Both the position numbers and the translations under genes were made by a program. From assembly GCF_001194135.2 (NCBI RefSeq), contig NC_068981.1:98067333-98131332 (forward strand): a stretch of DNA of 64,000 bases, in the 5' to 3' direction. Each line of letters starts with the position of its first letter. Position 1 is the stretch's first letter. The notes below the pieces were generated by a model that saw only the letters and a list, made by a program, of their open reading frames with translations, searched no databases and had not been told where the DNA came from. Positions 11,755 through 25,329 of the stretch are shown here, one piece after another. This DNA is from Octopus bimaculoides (taxonomy: Eukaryota).

Positions 11755-12138
11755 GTGGAGGTGCAATGGCCCAGTGGTTAGGGCAGCAGACTCGCGGTCA
11801 TCGGATCGTGGTTTCAATACCCAGACCGGGCATTGTGAGTATTTATTGAGCGAAAACACCTAAAGCTCCACGAGGCTCCGGCAGGGGATGGTGGTGAACC
11901 CTGCTGTACTCTTTCACCACAACTTCCTCTCACTCTTACTTCCTGTTTCTATTGTGCCTGTATTTCAAAGGGTCAGCCTTGTCACACTGTGTCATGCTGA
12001 ATATCCCCGAGAACTACGTTAAAGGTACACGTGTCTGTGAAGTGCTCAGCCACTTGCACGTTAATTTCACGAGCAGGCTGTTCCGTTGATCGGATCAACT
12101 GGAACCCTCGACGTCGTAAGCGACGGAGTGCCAACAAC
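11755..12138 (+). mobile_element. Young tRNA(Arg)-like SINE (OR-type), full length, 11-bp TSD
   Basis: tggcccagtggttagggcagcagactcgcggtc (TCG anticodon-like loop), B-box ggtttcaatacc, and an AAC tail. TSD agccagtactg at 11744-11754 and 12139-12149. Close reverse complement of 3718-4095. Confidence 0.9.
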
Positions 12139-13150
12139 AGCCAGTACTGACTTTGTTACGACATTTCATATCCAAGACATCAGGTGTAATTTCTATAGGA
12201 AATAAGTAGAGATGACCTTAACACATAATTCAAATGCACAGCTAACAGAGTAGTACATGGTATTGACTTATAAAAATGTTTAAAATACTTTGTGGCATAT
12301 TATGGTTGCATAACGAAATACTGAGTGCCCACAAGTCATGAAGGGTGGAGGAATAATGAGCCACAAATTGGGAAAAGATAGAGGGATGCAGAAGAGAGGG
12401 GAAGAAAGCAGGATATCATCATCATCATCATCATCCTTTTATGATGGCAATAAAAATGAAGCTGACTTGGAACATACTTGCTTCATGTAACAGGATATAG
12501 TTAGCATTCAATTTAAGGACAATTTCATTCAAAGCAGCACATTAAAATAGAATAATTCATACTTCCTAATTACATATCATTTAGCAATCCATTCCCCAAT
12601 GTATATAATTAATTAGTCATTTCAAGGCTACACTCAGTTTCTTTTAACTTCCTCTATCACAGTTTTAGATATATTCAAATACATTGCTTATTTAAAAAAA
12701 AATTTTTTTTTGTCTTTTCATGCATTCAGCAATACCAACCCCTTTAATTTACTCAGCCTGATCAGTTTGCTAATGCTGACTGATAGTTGTTTCCTAGTTC
12801 TACTTCCCTCAAAACACACACACACACACACCTACACAAAACTATGCACATTCACTAGGGTAGTGATAGTAACTCACAATCAATTACATCAAGCATATGA
12901 ACCATGTTTTTTTTAATAATTTTTATCTTCATGCTGTCATTATACTCTTAACATTTTGGGATAACTAATGCACTGTAAAAATCACTTGAACACCAAATTC
13001 CACTCAAAGCAATAAAATAGGCTCCCTTGCAATTACTCAATCTGCTAAAATTGACAGTCAAGTCTTCTTCAACTTTGACCCACTTAGCTTGAAAATAGAT
13101 GACAACAATTATAACAATGACAATGACAACAACTAAACTATTTTTCATAT

Positions 13151-13920
13151 ACATATATCTTTGTAAGATGTTACATGGTTGAATTGCTGGCTCACATATT
13201 GACTGGATCACATCCTGACTGAATCCAGTCAACATGTATTAATTACTCCACTGAAATGCATAAAATTACCTGATTTACAGGGTTGCATGTTATCATCATC
13301 ATCGTTTAACGTCTGCTTTCCATGCTTGCATGGGTTGGACAATTTGACTGAGGACTGGCAAGCCAGAAGGCTACACCAGGCTCCAATCTGATGCTTATTA
13401 ACCCTTTCGTTACCAACCCGGCTGAAACCAGCTCTGGCTCTGTCATACAAATCTCTTGTTTTCATAAGTTTTGAATTAAAATCTTCCACCAAACCTTAGT
13501 CACAATTTATGTTCCTAACACTAGCTGAATGATAACTAAGTTATTTTACTAAATTCTTTGTTATATTTAAAGTAATTGAAAGAAACACAGAGCATCTCAA
13601 AATAAATACAGTAACAAAAGGGTTAAAGTTAAAATTCAATTCTATTGTTAAACTATGAAAACTTGCTTTTGTGTCAAAAGATTAAATTATACTGATCTTT
13701 TTTCGGCTCATTAATCCTTTTGATACCAACCCACTTGAGACTACCCCTGATTCTATAATACAATCATCCTCTTTTAACCCTTTAGTATTCATGCAACCCT
13801 GTAAATCAGGGAATTTTATGCATTTCAGTGGAGTAATAACACATCCAGTCAGAATGTGAATACAGTAAATATGTGAGGAAGCAATTCAACCATGTAACAT
13901 CTTTCAAAGATTTATGTATA
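13151..13920. repeat. Foldback element (arms 13151-13289 and 13790-13920) with nested SINE tail and MITEs
   Basis: ttactccactgaaatgcataaaattacctgatttacagggttgcatg pairs with catgcaaccctgtaaatcagggaattttatgcatttcagtggagtaa. Confidence 0.85.
13402..13622 (+). mobile_element. TTAA-flanked piggyBac-type MITE (family B)
   Basis: TTAA|CCCTTTCG...AAAAGGG|TTAA, with TSDs at 13398-13401 and 13623-13626. It interrupts a SINE tail. A diverged copy lies at ~30620-30841. Confidence 0.88.
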
Positions 13921-14144
13921 TATATATATATATATATTTGTATAATCGTATGAACTCGCATGTGTAGAATACAAATTTGCAACACTTTTCTGAAAATTGC
14001 AAAATAAAAAAGTTATGAGGAGGTTATATGGCGTGCATAAAGCAGAATTTCACAAATATTTCACTTGTTTACAGTTGACAACAGATACTGTTACGCACAA
14101 AATGACAGCTTCCAAATCCTGCTTTCTGACTGGGTAAAAAATAT

Positions 14145-14362
14145 CACTTTAGTGTTTAAACCAGTCAAATCCGGCCCAAATATTCTACGTTTTATATTCA
14201 AACTGGCGATATCTAGCCTCTCACACCTAACCTACATTGACATTCTAAAAATAAACAATCACATCACTGAAACCTCAAAGCTATAAGATAATGCATGATT
14301 AATTCAAAACAATTTGAGTGAAAAAGTATTACATTTAACAGAGTAATCTGAACACTAAAGGG
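14145..14362 (-). mobile_element. piggyBac-type MITE family A
   Basis: Ends ctaaaggg|ttaa; reverse complement of the family A internal sequence. Confidence 0.8.
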
Positions 14363-14419
14363 TTAAACTCCTGTAACTTTTTTTTTATTTCCAGAAAAAG
14401 TTAGATATCCCTGGAGATT

Positions 14420-14820
14420 CATCATCACCGTTTAACGTCTGCTCTCCATGCTAGCATGGGTTGGACGATTTGACTGAGGACTGGTGAAACCAGATGGCTA
14501 CACCAGGCTCCAATCTGATCTGGCTGAGTTTCTACAGCTGGATGCCCTTCCTAACGCCAACCACTCAGAGAGTGTAGTGGGTTCTTTTACGTGCCACCAG
14601 CACGAACGCCAGTCAGGCGGTACTGGCAACGGCCACGCTCAAAATGGTGTATTTTATGTGCCACCCGCACAAGAGCCAGTCCAGGGGCACTGGCAACGAT
14701 CTTGCTCAAAAATCCTTACACATGTCATGGGCACAAGTGCCAGAAAGGCGATACTGGGCACAAGTGCCAGAAAGGCGATGCTGGGCACAGGTGCCATCCC
14801 GATTTCGCTTTTGCTTGCCC
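14420..14820 (-). mobile_element. Young SINE-like element with (GAT)n tail and internal 27-bp tandem units
   Basis: catcatcaccgtttaacgtctgctctccatgctagcatgggttgg...gatgcccttcctaacgccaaccact. gggcacaagtgccagaaaggcgat(a/g)ct occurs twice plus a partial copy. CpG-rich. Confidence 0.8.
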
Positions 14821-17595
14821 CAATAAGTCTTCAGCATGGAAAATTACATCAATACACCAAATTTTAGAATTTTCATTAAAATTTGAAATTTCCACCAGTG
14901 CAGCCAAACAGAAAAGATTCAATTACACTAATGCATTTATTATGATAAGAAAGTGTATTTAGTAAATACAGCACTATTTCTTGGTCATCTGCCCACTTTC
15001 TCAATCAAAAACTCTCAAGTGAAACAGTGTACTGAAAGAAATTGTAAAACAACACAGAACTTTCAGTAGTTTCTAATCTTTCAGGGTTTGTAAATTCACA
15101 ACCTTCATCACAACATCCAGTCCTAGTTGCCATTTGGTTTTTTTTTTATGTACCACTCAATGACCCTGAGAGCTATGCTATTGGAGTGCAAACTCCCAGT
15201 GGGGCCTGCCAACCAAGACAGATTAGAGGATAAAGGCAAGACTAAAATAGACCACCTCTTCCTAGAAATAAAACAGGTTTGCATAGGGCAACACCTCTAC
15301 CCACCAAAAAGTAAAGTTACAGAAGCATTGATTACATTTCAAAACCAACAAAGCCTGGGAGAGCCAAAAATAACCCAGACTTGAGAACAGAGAAGAAAAA
15401 TCATTGATGACCTATATTCCACGGGGAGTAGAAGGCTTGAAGAAGTAACTGAAAATTCACATCCTACCAATATTAAATTGCTTTGACAAAAGACAAGCTG
15501 ACATTGGTGTAAAAGGACATAGCTTGAATGGACCACAATGCCACTATGTTCTTTTTGTACAGTACGCCAAATTTATTTTTCATCTCATGCCCACACTCAC
15601 ACACACATACAATCAAAGAGAGTTTAAAGTGACTGATGTTTGTCTGTGCAGGCAAGACTCGTATTATTTAGTGAAATTAACAAGAAGTTGCAACCAGTTT
15701 AGCAAATTTTGAGGGAAAAAAAAGAAAACAATCTATGTTGTGTCCTTTTAAATTTAAACTGAAGGATTCTATCCAAAATGCTGGATTTTCCACTTCTTAC
15801 AGCTTTTTGTGGATTTTACCACAAAAACACATCCCCCCCACACATATATATCCAATGAGCTCACACACAATTACTGTTTATTACTCAGAAGGATTTGTTT
15901 ATTCAAGGTTACTAATAGAAGACACTTTTCTTAAAGTACTACACAATGGGATCAAACCTAGAAGCTATGTGGTTGCAAAACAATAAACTTCTCACTTACA
16001 AAACCATACTGCATGGACACAATAATTACACTGTATAATATGATTTTGTTCTTGGGTAGCAATTGTTATTTCCTGTTTGTTTACCTCTAGAAAGTATGGA
16101 AAATTGGTAACTCCTCCAAACTTTGCTTTTGTAACACTTATCCAGACCCCAAACATTCCCCCTCAACACATGGTTATAATGCTTCCCCCACTACTCCTGC
16201 TCATGATCAAAGAGAGATGTACATATTGTCATCCACTAAGAGACATGCTGAAGTGGTTAAGGTCAAGCAAATGACAAGCAAATCTGTGGCATTGAGCAGA
16301 ATATTTGCTATGACAATATTTCTGCTTCAGAAACTGAACTCTGAATCTGTTTGAAATGTAATGGAAAATAGGTCAGTTTCAAAATATTGAAGTCCAAGTC
16401 ATTTCCTTTGATTTATAGATAGAAGCAAGTAAGAAAATAATAGAAGTATATAGGAAATAACATTTACTGATCAAAGACAAAAAAACTTTGTGTTACATAA
16501 GCTTATTCATCATTGATATTTCTAATATATTCCAAATATTAGTCATTACTCATTACTCATTACTATGTTGTTGGATAACAATCTCATCAAAATGAAATAG
16601 ATCTTTCAGCAAAAGCTTACTACAGTGATCACATTGATATGCTCAACCACAACCTGCTTCTTCTTTTTTTTTCTTGAAACAAATTTTAATTCTATCTTCC
16701 ACATACATTCTATCAACAACAGCAACAATAATCTGTCATTATAGTGAAAGTCTTTTTTTACACTCACTGTTGCACTGTCTATATACTGAAAGACATACAG
16801 ACACACACACACACACACAACCAAAAAGATAACTATGTGTATATGTATAATATATATACATATAGTAATTTTTTTAAAGTCTGTGTTGTATTGTGTTGAC
16901 AGACTTGCACTTAAAATTCCTGAGATTTTAATCAAAACTTGCTAGTTACAATGGTAACAACACTACCTGTCTATTTGTCTCTCTCTCTCTCTCTCTCTCT
17001 TTCTCACTGTATTTCTCTTTCAACAACAACTTTTTCTCCTCTTCTTCTAAGTATATGTCAACAGGGGTTATCTCCCCTTTTGATTCCTCCCCTTCTTTCC
17101 TCCCGCTAATAGATGTGATAGACAGACAGCTGGAGATCAGCTTCTCATTTATAATAGATTATAACTGAGGTTTAGCCAACCAACTGATACATTTATGTTC
17201 ACCGTGAAGACTACATGTGACCAAATATCATTGCTGCTTTCCTAAGACTTAGAGACCAAGCAAAGAAAAGAAGTCAGAATTTCACAGGCCATTTCAAACA
17301 CTACATTTTCTAAGATAACCATCTATAAAGAGCTCTTTCAAATTCAAAGAATTCAATTTGCATTGATTTCTAACCAGCATAACTACAAATGTGTGCTCCA
17401 CCAGCCTTGTTTCTTTATAACTTTCTGAAAAACAGGTATTTTCAATGAAATTTTCCAGAGATACATTTTAGATGGTGTACATTAGGGTTATATTGAAATT
17501 TGTTATGAAAAAATGTTTTCAAGAGATGGAGACGAGTTTCAGATAATCCACACATCTCAAATTATTTCCCCCTAACTTTCTGAAATAACTTTTAT

Positions 17596-17822
17596 TTTTT
17601 AGCTGTTTCAGTCATTAGACTGAGACCATGCTGGGGCACACTAGTTGTCAAGCAGTTGTGGGACAGATACACACAGTTTCAGTTTCTGTCTACCAAATCC
17701 ACTCACAAGGCTTTGATAGGCCCAAGGCTATAGTAGAAGACATTTGCCCAAGGTGTCACACAGTGGAACAGAACCTGAAACTATGCGGTTGGGAAGTAAG
17801 CTTCTTACCATACAGCCACAAC
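17596..17822 (-). mobile_element. Main-family tRNA SINE, internally deleted
   Basis: Tail and head present, middle missing, compared with other copies. Confidence 0.7.
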
Positions 17823-18204
17823 TGTACTTATGGAAGCTTTCATTTTTGATAAAATTTTCTACAAATACATTTCAGACAGTTTATATTATGATTATGTTGA
17901 AAATCTGATGTGAAAAAATTTCTGTAATTCAAAGGCTCTGTTTCCAGCTCAGAATTGATTGTTTTGAACTTGAAATGCTATCAGCTCACAAGGTCTGCAC
18001 TCTTGTCATTAGCTGTTCATCATTCTTCATTAATTTTCAACCTGGATCATGCAAAAATCAGTCTACACAAAATGTGAAATCCAAACAAAATTGGTTAACT
18101 TTAAATGATATCTTTCACTGAATACTCTTCTTATTAGTGTAGCATGAAATTTGTCAGTCAATATATACAAAGAATAAAATGGTTAGAATAATGATGTATT
18201 TATT

Positions 18205-18240
<36 letters not shown>

Positions 18241-18321
18241 NNNNNNNNNNNNNNNNNNNNNNNNNNNNNNNNNNNNNNNNNNNNNNNNNNNNNNNNNNNN
18301 NNNNNNNNNNNNNNNNNNNNG

Positions 18322-18361
<40 letters not shown>

Positions 18362-19019
18362 TGTGTGTGTCATTGCTATCTAACCCCTTCTACATCGTTT
18401 TATTGATTTTCATGAAACTTGACACATGAGTAGAACTCCTGTCTGGAAACCTTGTGGCATACTTAAATTGTGAAAAATACCGGAAATATGGCCCCTGGAA
18501 GGGACCTTTATATCTAACTCATACAACTAAACCTTTTAAACACCCAAGGGGAATAATCCATACCACCTGCAGTTTTTAGCAAAGCAATCAATATTTGATT
18601 CTCACGAGCAGCTGACCTAATTCTGTATTTCACTACTCAGTTTTGGACTGCTAAACATTATTATTGCACTTCCTTAATTTGAATCTCTTCATTCATACAT
18701 TTCTATACATACATACTTTTTTGAATGCCCATTACTCTGATAATTCTGCATTTTTACAGTTACACTTTCTCCATGACAGTAGATGAATTTTTTCTATTCC
18801 ACAACACATTTGTAGTGGTTTCATGCAGGCATAGCATGGATTTGATCCTCGATTGCCAAGTTTCACCTAACACTTCAACAGTGCTTTTCTCACAGTAAAA
18901 CAATAGTTCTTCTGTGAATGACAACCTCTCTCCTCCAGCTGACAGTTTTTGTACTTTTTTGTGACAGAAAATACATCTTTTGTGACAGTTATAAAGAAAT
19001 TGCTTTCTTATATCAGCTA

Positions 19020-19053
<34 letters not shown>

Positions 19054-19895
19054 CCATTAATTTTATGACTAACAATGTTGTTGGTTATAGGTTCTCATGG
19101 GCTAATTACTGGATTATATGATAATGTTATTTATTTTTAGTTTCATTTCAATCATGAATTTTGTAAACAATAGAATTGTTGGTTTAAGTTTCACATGGGT
19201 CAATTAATGGTTGAGTGCATTTAACCATTTAGAGTGCATTGCATTAATAATACACTATCTCATAGCACTGAGATTTCAATGATGTGATTGTTTATTTTTA
19301 GCATTACATTGTATTGCAGGTGTAGGGGGTCAAATCTGGCTGGTTTGAATGCAAAATAGGTAGAATATTTGGGCTGGATATAGCCAGTGTAAATATTAAA
19401 GAGCTATGATAGTAAGAGTAACAAGAGAGTGTCTGTGCAACTCAAGCAAAATAAAAATTTTTTTTAAAAAACAGTATTTGAATGCCCAGTTGATCGATTT
19501 TCTCACTAACGTGTACATCTTTTGCCAATATACATCAGCTAAAGATGTAAATTAGTAAGAGAATACAAAGAATGTTTAATGATGGAAGTTTACTCAAAGG
19601 GATCAGGACCACCAAGAGTGCAGAAGAGATTGCCCAAAACACAGTGCTCTGCAACATGTCCAAATCTCCAAACAGGCCAATTCCACAGATGTAGAAAATG
19701 AAAGACCTCTTTACAGGGACCCTGGAAATGACTCTAGAGATGCTTGTGTAACTACTGCTTTGCCCACAAGAAGTATGAATGACTATGGTTTGTTAGCCCT
19801 TTTTCTGTTGAATTATACTATCTTTGTTTCAGTTAATTTTGAAATTAATAAAGAATTAAGTAAAATAAATAAATAAATAAATAAATAAATATAAA

Positions 19896-20195
19896 CAATT
19901 GCAGCATGGAAGATGTTTATAAGCCATTTAAAAACAAAAAAAAAAAACGTTAGATTCACTTCAACATTTAAATTTAATTTGTGTCAAAATATTTTCGTCA
20001 CTTTGAAACCGTGACCTGTTCACTGACAAAACTTTGTGATACAGCATGAAGTTTTGTCAGTGAACAGGTCACAGTTTCAAAGTGCAGAACATATTTTAAC
20101 ACAAATTAAGTTTAAATGTTGAAGTGAATCTAATGTTTTTTTTTTTTGTGTGTGTGTTTTTAAATGGCATATAAACACCTTCCACAATGCAATTG
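19896..20195. mobile_element. Near-perfect palindromic MITE (~140-bp arms, 14-nt loop)
   Basis: gtgacctgttcactgacaaaactt-[tgtgatacagcatg]-aagttttgtcagtgaacaggtcac. The arms extend to caattg at both ends. Confidence 0.92.
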
Positions 20196-20372
20196 CTTGT
20201 TTCAACACACGATCTCAGATCAAGTCACTTGCTATGCAAGTACATCTCCGTAATATATATATATATATTGACATNNNNNNNNNNNNNNNNNNNNNNNNNN
20301 NNNNNNNNNNNNNNNNNNNNNNNNNNNNNNNNNNNNNNNNNNNNNNNNNNNNNNNNATACATACATACATAA

Positions 20373-20414
<42 letters not shown>

Positions 20415-20504
20415 TTACACACAAAAACACAAACAATTAATAACTGAGTTTATTTCATCCATTCAATATATAGCCTAGCAGACTTTTGATCAAAAGCAGT
20501 CCAG

Positions 20505-20845
20505 CTGTCATTATCCCATCATGGTTCAAGGTTCAATCCCACTGCATGGAACCTTGGGCACACATCTTCTATAGCCTTGGGCTGACCAAGGTCTTATCAG
20601 TGGATTTGTTAGGCAGAAACCAAAGGATGCATGCGTGCATGTCTGTATGTATGTCTGGATGTATATACTGATATACCTTTGTGTCTGTGTTTGTCCACTA
20701 TCACCACTTGACATCTGGTGTTAATGTGCTAACGTCTCCATAACTTAGCAGTTTGAGAAAAGAGACCGATAGAGCAAGTACTAGGCTTTAAAGAAATTCT
20801 TCAAGGCAGTGCCTCAGTGTAACAACATTCTATTGGCTGAAACAA
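20505..20845 (+). mobile_element. Main-family tRNA SINE
   Basis: ggttcaatcccactgcatggaaccttgggc...gttctatagccttgggctgaccaagg...aacttagcagtttg... Confidence 0.75.
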
Positions 20846-21617
20846 GTAAAAGATATCAGATACAGAATATATAGGATTTCCAGTGTGTATCTTCATTTCT
20901 TTAAGACTAGAGGCCACACAGTTTGATGAAGATTTGGCTGTTACTTCTTCTAGCAAGTTGAGTAAACCATGTAGAGATTCTTTCAGTAGTACATATAAGA
21001 AACAAATTAATCCAGCTTACACCACAACTTAAACACTTAAATAATTTTCTTCATTTCACTTAAAGGTTACAGATTCTATAGCCACTGTTCTGAGAGAGAG
21101 AGAAACAAACAGACAGATAGAGGGAAACAGACAACCGTGTGTGTGTGAGAGGTAGAGAGAAAGAAAATCAGGTGTTGTAATGCTTTAAAATTCTTTGGAT
21201 ACAATTTAGAACATGCTTGTTTTGTTTTTATATCCTATGCTATTTTAATCATAGAACCTCTTGCCAGTATCCTAAAGGCAGTTAAAATAGTCAACTAACA
21301 TTATACAAATTTTTACTTTATTTTTCCATCTGTTGTAATATTACATCACCTACAACAATCCATTTTGACAGATTTGGAATGGTAGAATCATTAGAAGGTC
21401 ATACAAAACGTCTTATAGCATCTGTTCTACTTTTTAGCAATTTAAGTTCAAATCTTGCTAAGGTCTATTTAGCCTTTCATTTTTCCACAGGATTGATAAA
21501 CTGAAGAACCAGCCCAGTACCAGTACCTTTATTTTATAACAATTAGCTATTCCCTCTCCAACAAAATTTGAAATCTTATGCTTCCTTTTTAAAAATTTTT
21601 AATATCAAGGACTACAT

Positions 21618-21905
21618 TGGCAGTGAGCTAGCAGAACTACTAAGGCATCAGAAAGAATACTTTATGGTATATGATCCTTCTCTTTATGTTCTGAGTTCAA
21701 ACCCTTCAATGTCAACTTTTATGGCAGCAAAATGTTTAGTGGCATTTTGTCCATTTTTACATTCTGAATTCATATTTCGCCAAGGCTGACTTTGCCTTTC
21801 ATCCTTTCGGAGTCCATAAAATAAATACCAGTTGAATACTGGGGTTGATGTAATTGACTTGCCCCCCTCCGCCAAACTTGCTGGCCTTGTGCCAAAATTC
21901 GTAAT
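21618..21905 (+). mobile_element. SINE, ggtgagctggcagaa-head family
   Basis: ggcagtgagctagcagaa...gttctgagttcaaaccc...gactttgcctttcatcctttcgg...ggccttgtgccaaaatt. Contains an internal partial duplication. Confidence 0.75.
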
Positions 21906-22739
21906 TAACATCTAGGACTACATTGCATAGTGTGTTGTTCCCCTTTTAAGACAGCAGTATGTGAACTGAAGGAAACTTGGCAGCTGTTTCTTAAGGTTGA
22001 GATAACCTTGTAGATATTCCCTTGTTGATTCCTTGCTAGTGTTATTAACATGTAAAAATTTGATACACTATAGAAAATGCTAAAAAAAAAAATATAGCTT
22101 CTTTCATATTTCCCATAAAGATTTAAAATAGACAAAATATAGTGACAGAATATAATGCAATTCTTAACTGAACTGAAAAGCCTATCTAAACCATAAAGAT
22201 TACATACAAACAGATCACATACAGCTTGTCAAGTCTTCAATAAGAATTTTCTACTGCTTCTTTAACTGTAGTCAATCTGGTGACTGCTTTTGTCACATGC
22301 ACACACTACAGTCTTCTCTTTCTCTCTCTACAAATATTTTGCAGAGATAAACCACAAGCTCTTGTATATTTACAGAGTGCATTTCATAATGATTTATTTT
22401 CTTTTGTTAATTTACTAATTCAATAAATAGCTACATTGTTATACAGCTCTGTAAAAAAAAAAGGGCAGCAATTAACTGAACTAAAGTGGAAAACAGATAA
22501 ATTACAAAGATTCTACTAGAAAGACTTCACAGAATATGGCACTCATTAACCCTACATCAGTGGTCCCAAACATATTTGTACCACGGACCAGTTTCATGTA
22601 AGACAATTTTTCCATGGGCTAGGGAATCGTGTGCATAACAAAACATAATTAAGTGCATAAAATAAAAATATTACTCCTTTCGATCATCAATGACCACAGG
22701 ATTACACCTAGAAAGTTANNNNNNNNNNTCCTCTCCACT

Positions 22740-22935
22740 GATGTTATCCAAGAGAAAGGTAAATATCGATACAGCTTGGCACCAATGATGTCGTAACTCA
22801 TTTCTACAGCTGAGTGAACTGGAGCAATGTGAAATAAAGTGTTTTGCTCAAGGACACAACATACAGTCTGGGAATCGAACTCATTAACTCATGATTGTGA
22901 GCCTGACACTCCAACCACTGAGCCATGCATCTTCA
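22740..22935 (-). mobile_element. tRNA-headed SINE (fourth family)
   Basis: ctgggaatcgaactc (B box, reverse) ...aaccactgagcc (A box, reverse). A related plus-strand copy lies at ~60390-60635. Confidence 0.7.
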
Positions 22936-23316
22936 AAGTGCATAATGAAATGCATAATGTATAATTTAATTGTTACATATGTAATACATAAACAAAATAC
23001 ATATATAATGCAAAGATACCCTGCAGACTGTGATAGTCAATAAAATCTAAAAATCAATAAATACAGGGTCCTGAACAGCTGCTCTCAGTTTGTGCTGGTT
23101 GCCATTGAGACATCAGTTGTTCTGGAGACTGTGTACTACAGATTTCCTCAGCAAAATAGGGATAATGATGGCCCGTCNNNNNNNNNNCTCAGCAAAATAG
23201 GGATAATGATGGCCCGTCAGTGAAATGAGCCCCACGAAGTGGAGGGGTTGCAGCAATGAGTGTTGCTGGCCATTCTCTGCAGCAACGCCATCACAGTCAT
23301 TATCGTGAGGTGCAGC

Positions 23317-23438
23317 TGAACACATCATTTGTTTTGGGGTATGTAGCCCATCGCCCCTTCTCCCTTCATCTTCTGCTTGAACACATCATTTGTTTTGGGG
23401 TATGTAGCCCATCGCCCCTTCTCCCTTCATCTTCTGCT
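23317..23438. repeat. Perfect 61-bp tandem duplication
   Basis: tgaacacatcatttgttttggggtatgtagcccatcgccccttctcccttcatcttctgct occurs twice. Confidence 0.92.
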
Positions 23439-24357
23439 GATTTACCCCACTATTTTCTTCTTTTCGTTCTTATCTCTCTTTTTCTTGTTTCTTTGTAACA
23501 AGACAATTGGTAAATAAAATGAGGTTCATTATTTGATATCTAATAAAACAGCCCATTACCATGGCCAGGTTGTTAGGGACCCCTGCATTACATGACTGGC
23601 AAAAGAATCTGGTAGAAAATATTTAATAAGCATTCAGAAACAGACACTTGCATATCTACATTGCAAAACAGAGATATGATTTGTGCACTATATGGCATTT
23701 GCTGTAAACTCAGATTGGAATAATATTGATTTAATTTCTAACCGTCACAGTTGTAGGGAAAAATTAGAGTTTATTTGATCCTTAAACAGCAAGCATCATC
23801 GATTGATGATTCAAAAATGTTACATGGATATATAACCATCATCAAAGAAAAATTAATAATTTACAGCACTTTTCAATAACTAGATTGCAACTTTCATTGT
23901 GCAAGAGGCTAACAATTATTATAGATTTTGTACTTATTTAAAGTGAAAAATAAGTATAAAAACCATCCTTAAGAAAAAGAAATATTCTTTTTTGTCTTTT
24001 GCTTGTTTGGCACACATTCATGCAAACCTTTCCTACCATTTAGTATTTAAACAGATCATATCTGACTCAAATATTCTACCTATTTTATGTTCAAACTGGC
24101 CAGATCTAACCTATCATACCTACCCTACAATATCATTCTAAAAAAGAATCTCATCATTGAAATCCCAAAGCTATAAGGGAATGCTTGACTGATTCAAAAC
24201 AATATAAATAAATAAGCATTACATTTGACAAAATAATCTCAATGCTAAAGAGTTAATCTATTATGTTTTATTGACCATAGAGGGATGAAGGGAAACAACT
24301 CTAGCATGGTTTACTTCTAATTAGCAGAGGAGAAAAGCCAGTATATCAGTGCCGAAA

Positions 24358-24770
24358 TAGAGGGTTTCCCAACCAGCGTTAGATTTGTACTGACCAATTT
24401 TAGAAAATTTACCGATCAACTTCAGAATTATTTTTTTGATACACGTTTCTAAATAAAATATCTTGAACCCAACTATATATTTTTAATATGTACTCTTATA
24501 ATCAGAAATTTTACCACTATATAACCATGATATCAATTAAAGATTTTTTGAATGAAACTTGCATATATATATTTTATTGACTATATAAATATAGTGGTAA
24601 AATTTCTGATTATAAGCATACATATTAAAAATATTTGGGCTCAAGATATTTTATTCAGAAATATGTATCAAAACAATAATTCTGAAGTTGATTAGCAAAT
24701 TTTCTAAAATTGGTTGGTACAAATCTAAAATTCATTGGTACTAATCTAAAGTTGGCCAGAAAACCCTATA
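24358..24770. mobile_element. Foldback MITE with ~170-bp arms (hAT-like agggttt/aaaccct ends)
   Basis: ttataatcagaaattttaccactata pairs with tatagtggtaaaatttctgattataa, and the arms are complementary throughout. Confidence 0.88.
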
Positions 24771-25329
24771 AATATTGGAAAACATTTAACCAGGTTTTCT
24801 ACAAGGTCTGTCAATTTTCACCCAATGAAGGAATCTCTAATTAGTCACTCCATTTGCTAGAAATAGTAGCTAAAACAACATATTGCTGTCTTTAAAAAGG
24901 ACAATCAAGATTTATATCTAGAGACAATATGCATTAAAAAAAAACAGGATGGTTGTGATTAGAATGCTTTTGATCACAGGTCTATTCAATAAGGCCAACT
25001 TGAGGCTAAACAACAATAACAATCTGCTCCTCTTTAAGTAGAAATTAAAATAAGAATAAAAATAGAACACAAAACAAGATTAGAAAGGGAAAATTTTAAA
25101 ATATATGAAAGTATGCCACTTCCTGGATGCTTTGGAAAACAAATTGGCAAAGAGAGGGAAAAAGTGAGAGGCAGACATAAACAGAAGAAAAGATAGAAGC
25201 AAGCACAACAAACAGCGAGAAGAGTTGAATCCTGACATATGTTAAATAAGGATAAACTTTAAAGTGGAAGTGACTGAAGTTCAAATGTTCAAAAGGAGCT
25301 CAAAGACATTTATCATTTCTGAATGGTAT

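Noticed and set aside
11755-11830. tRNA-Arg gene (similarly other tRNA-like heads)
   Set aside because: It continues into a SINE body and tail with TSDs, and has no proper acceptor stem.
14729-14800. CRISPR-like repeats (also 23317-23438)
   Set aside because: Eukaryotic context, adjacent tandem units without spacers.
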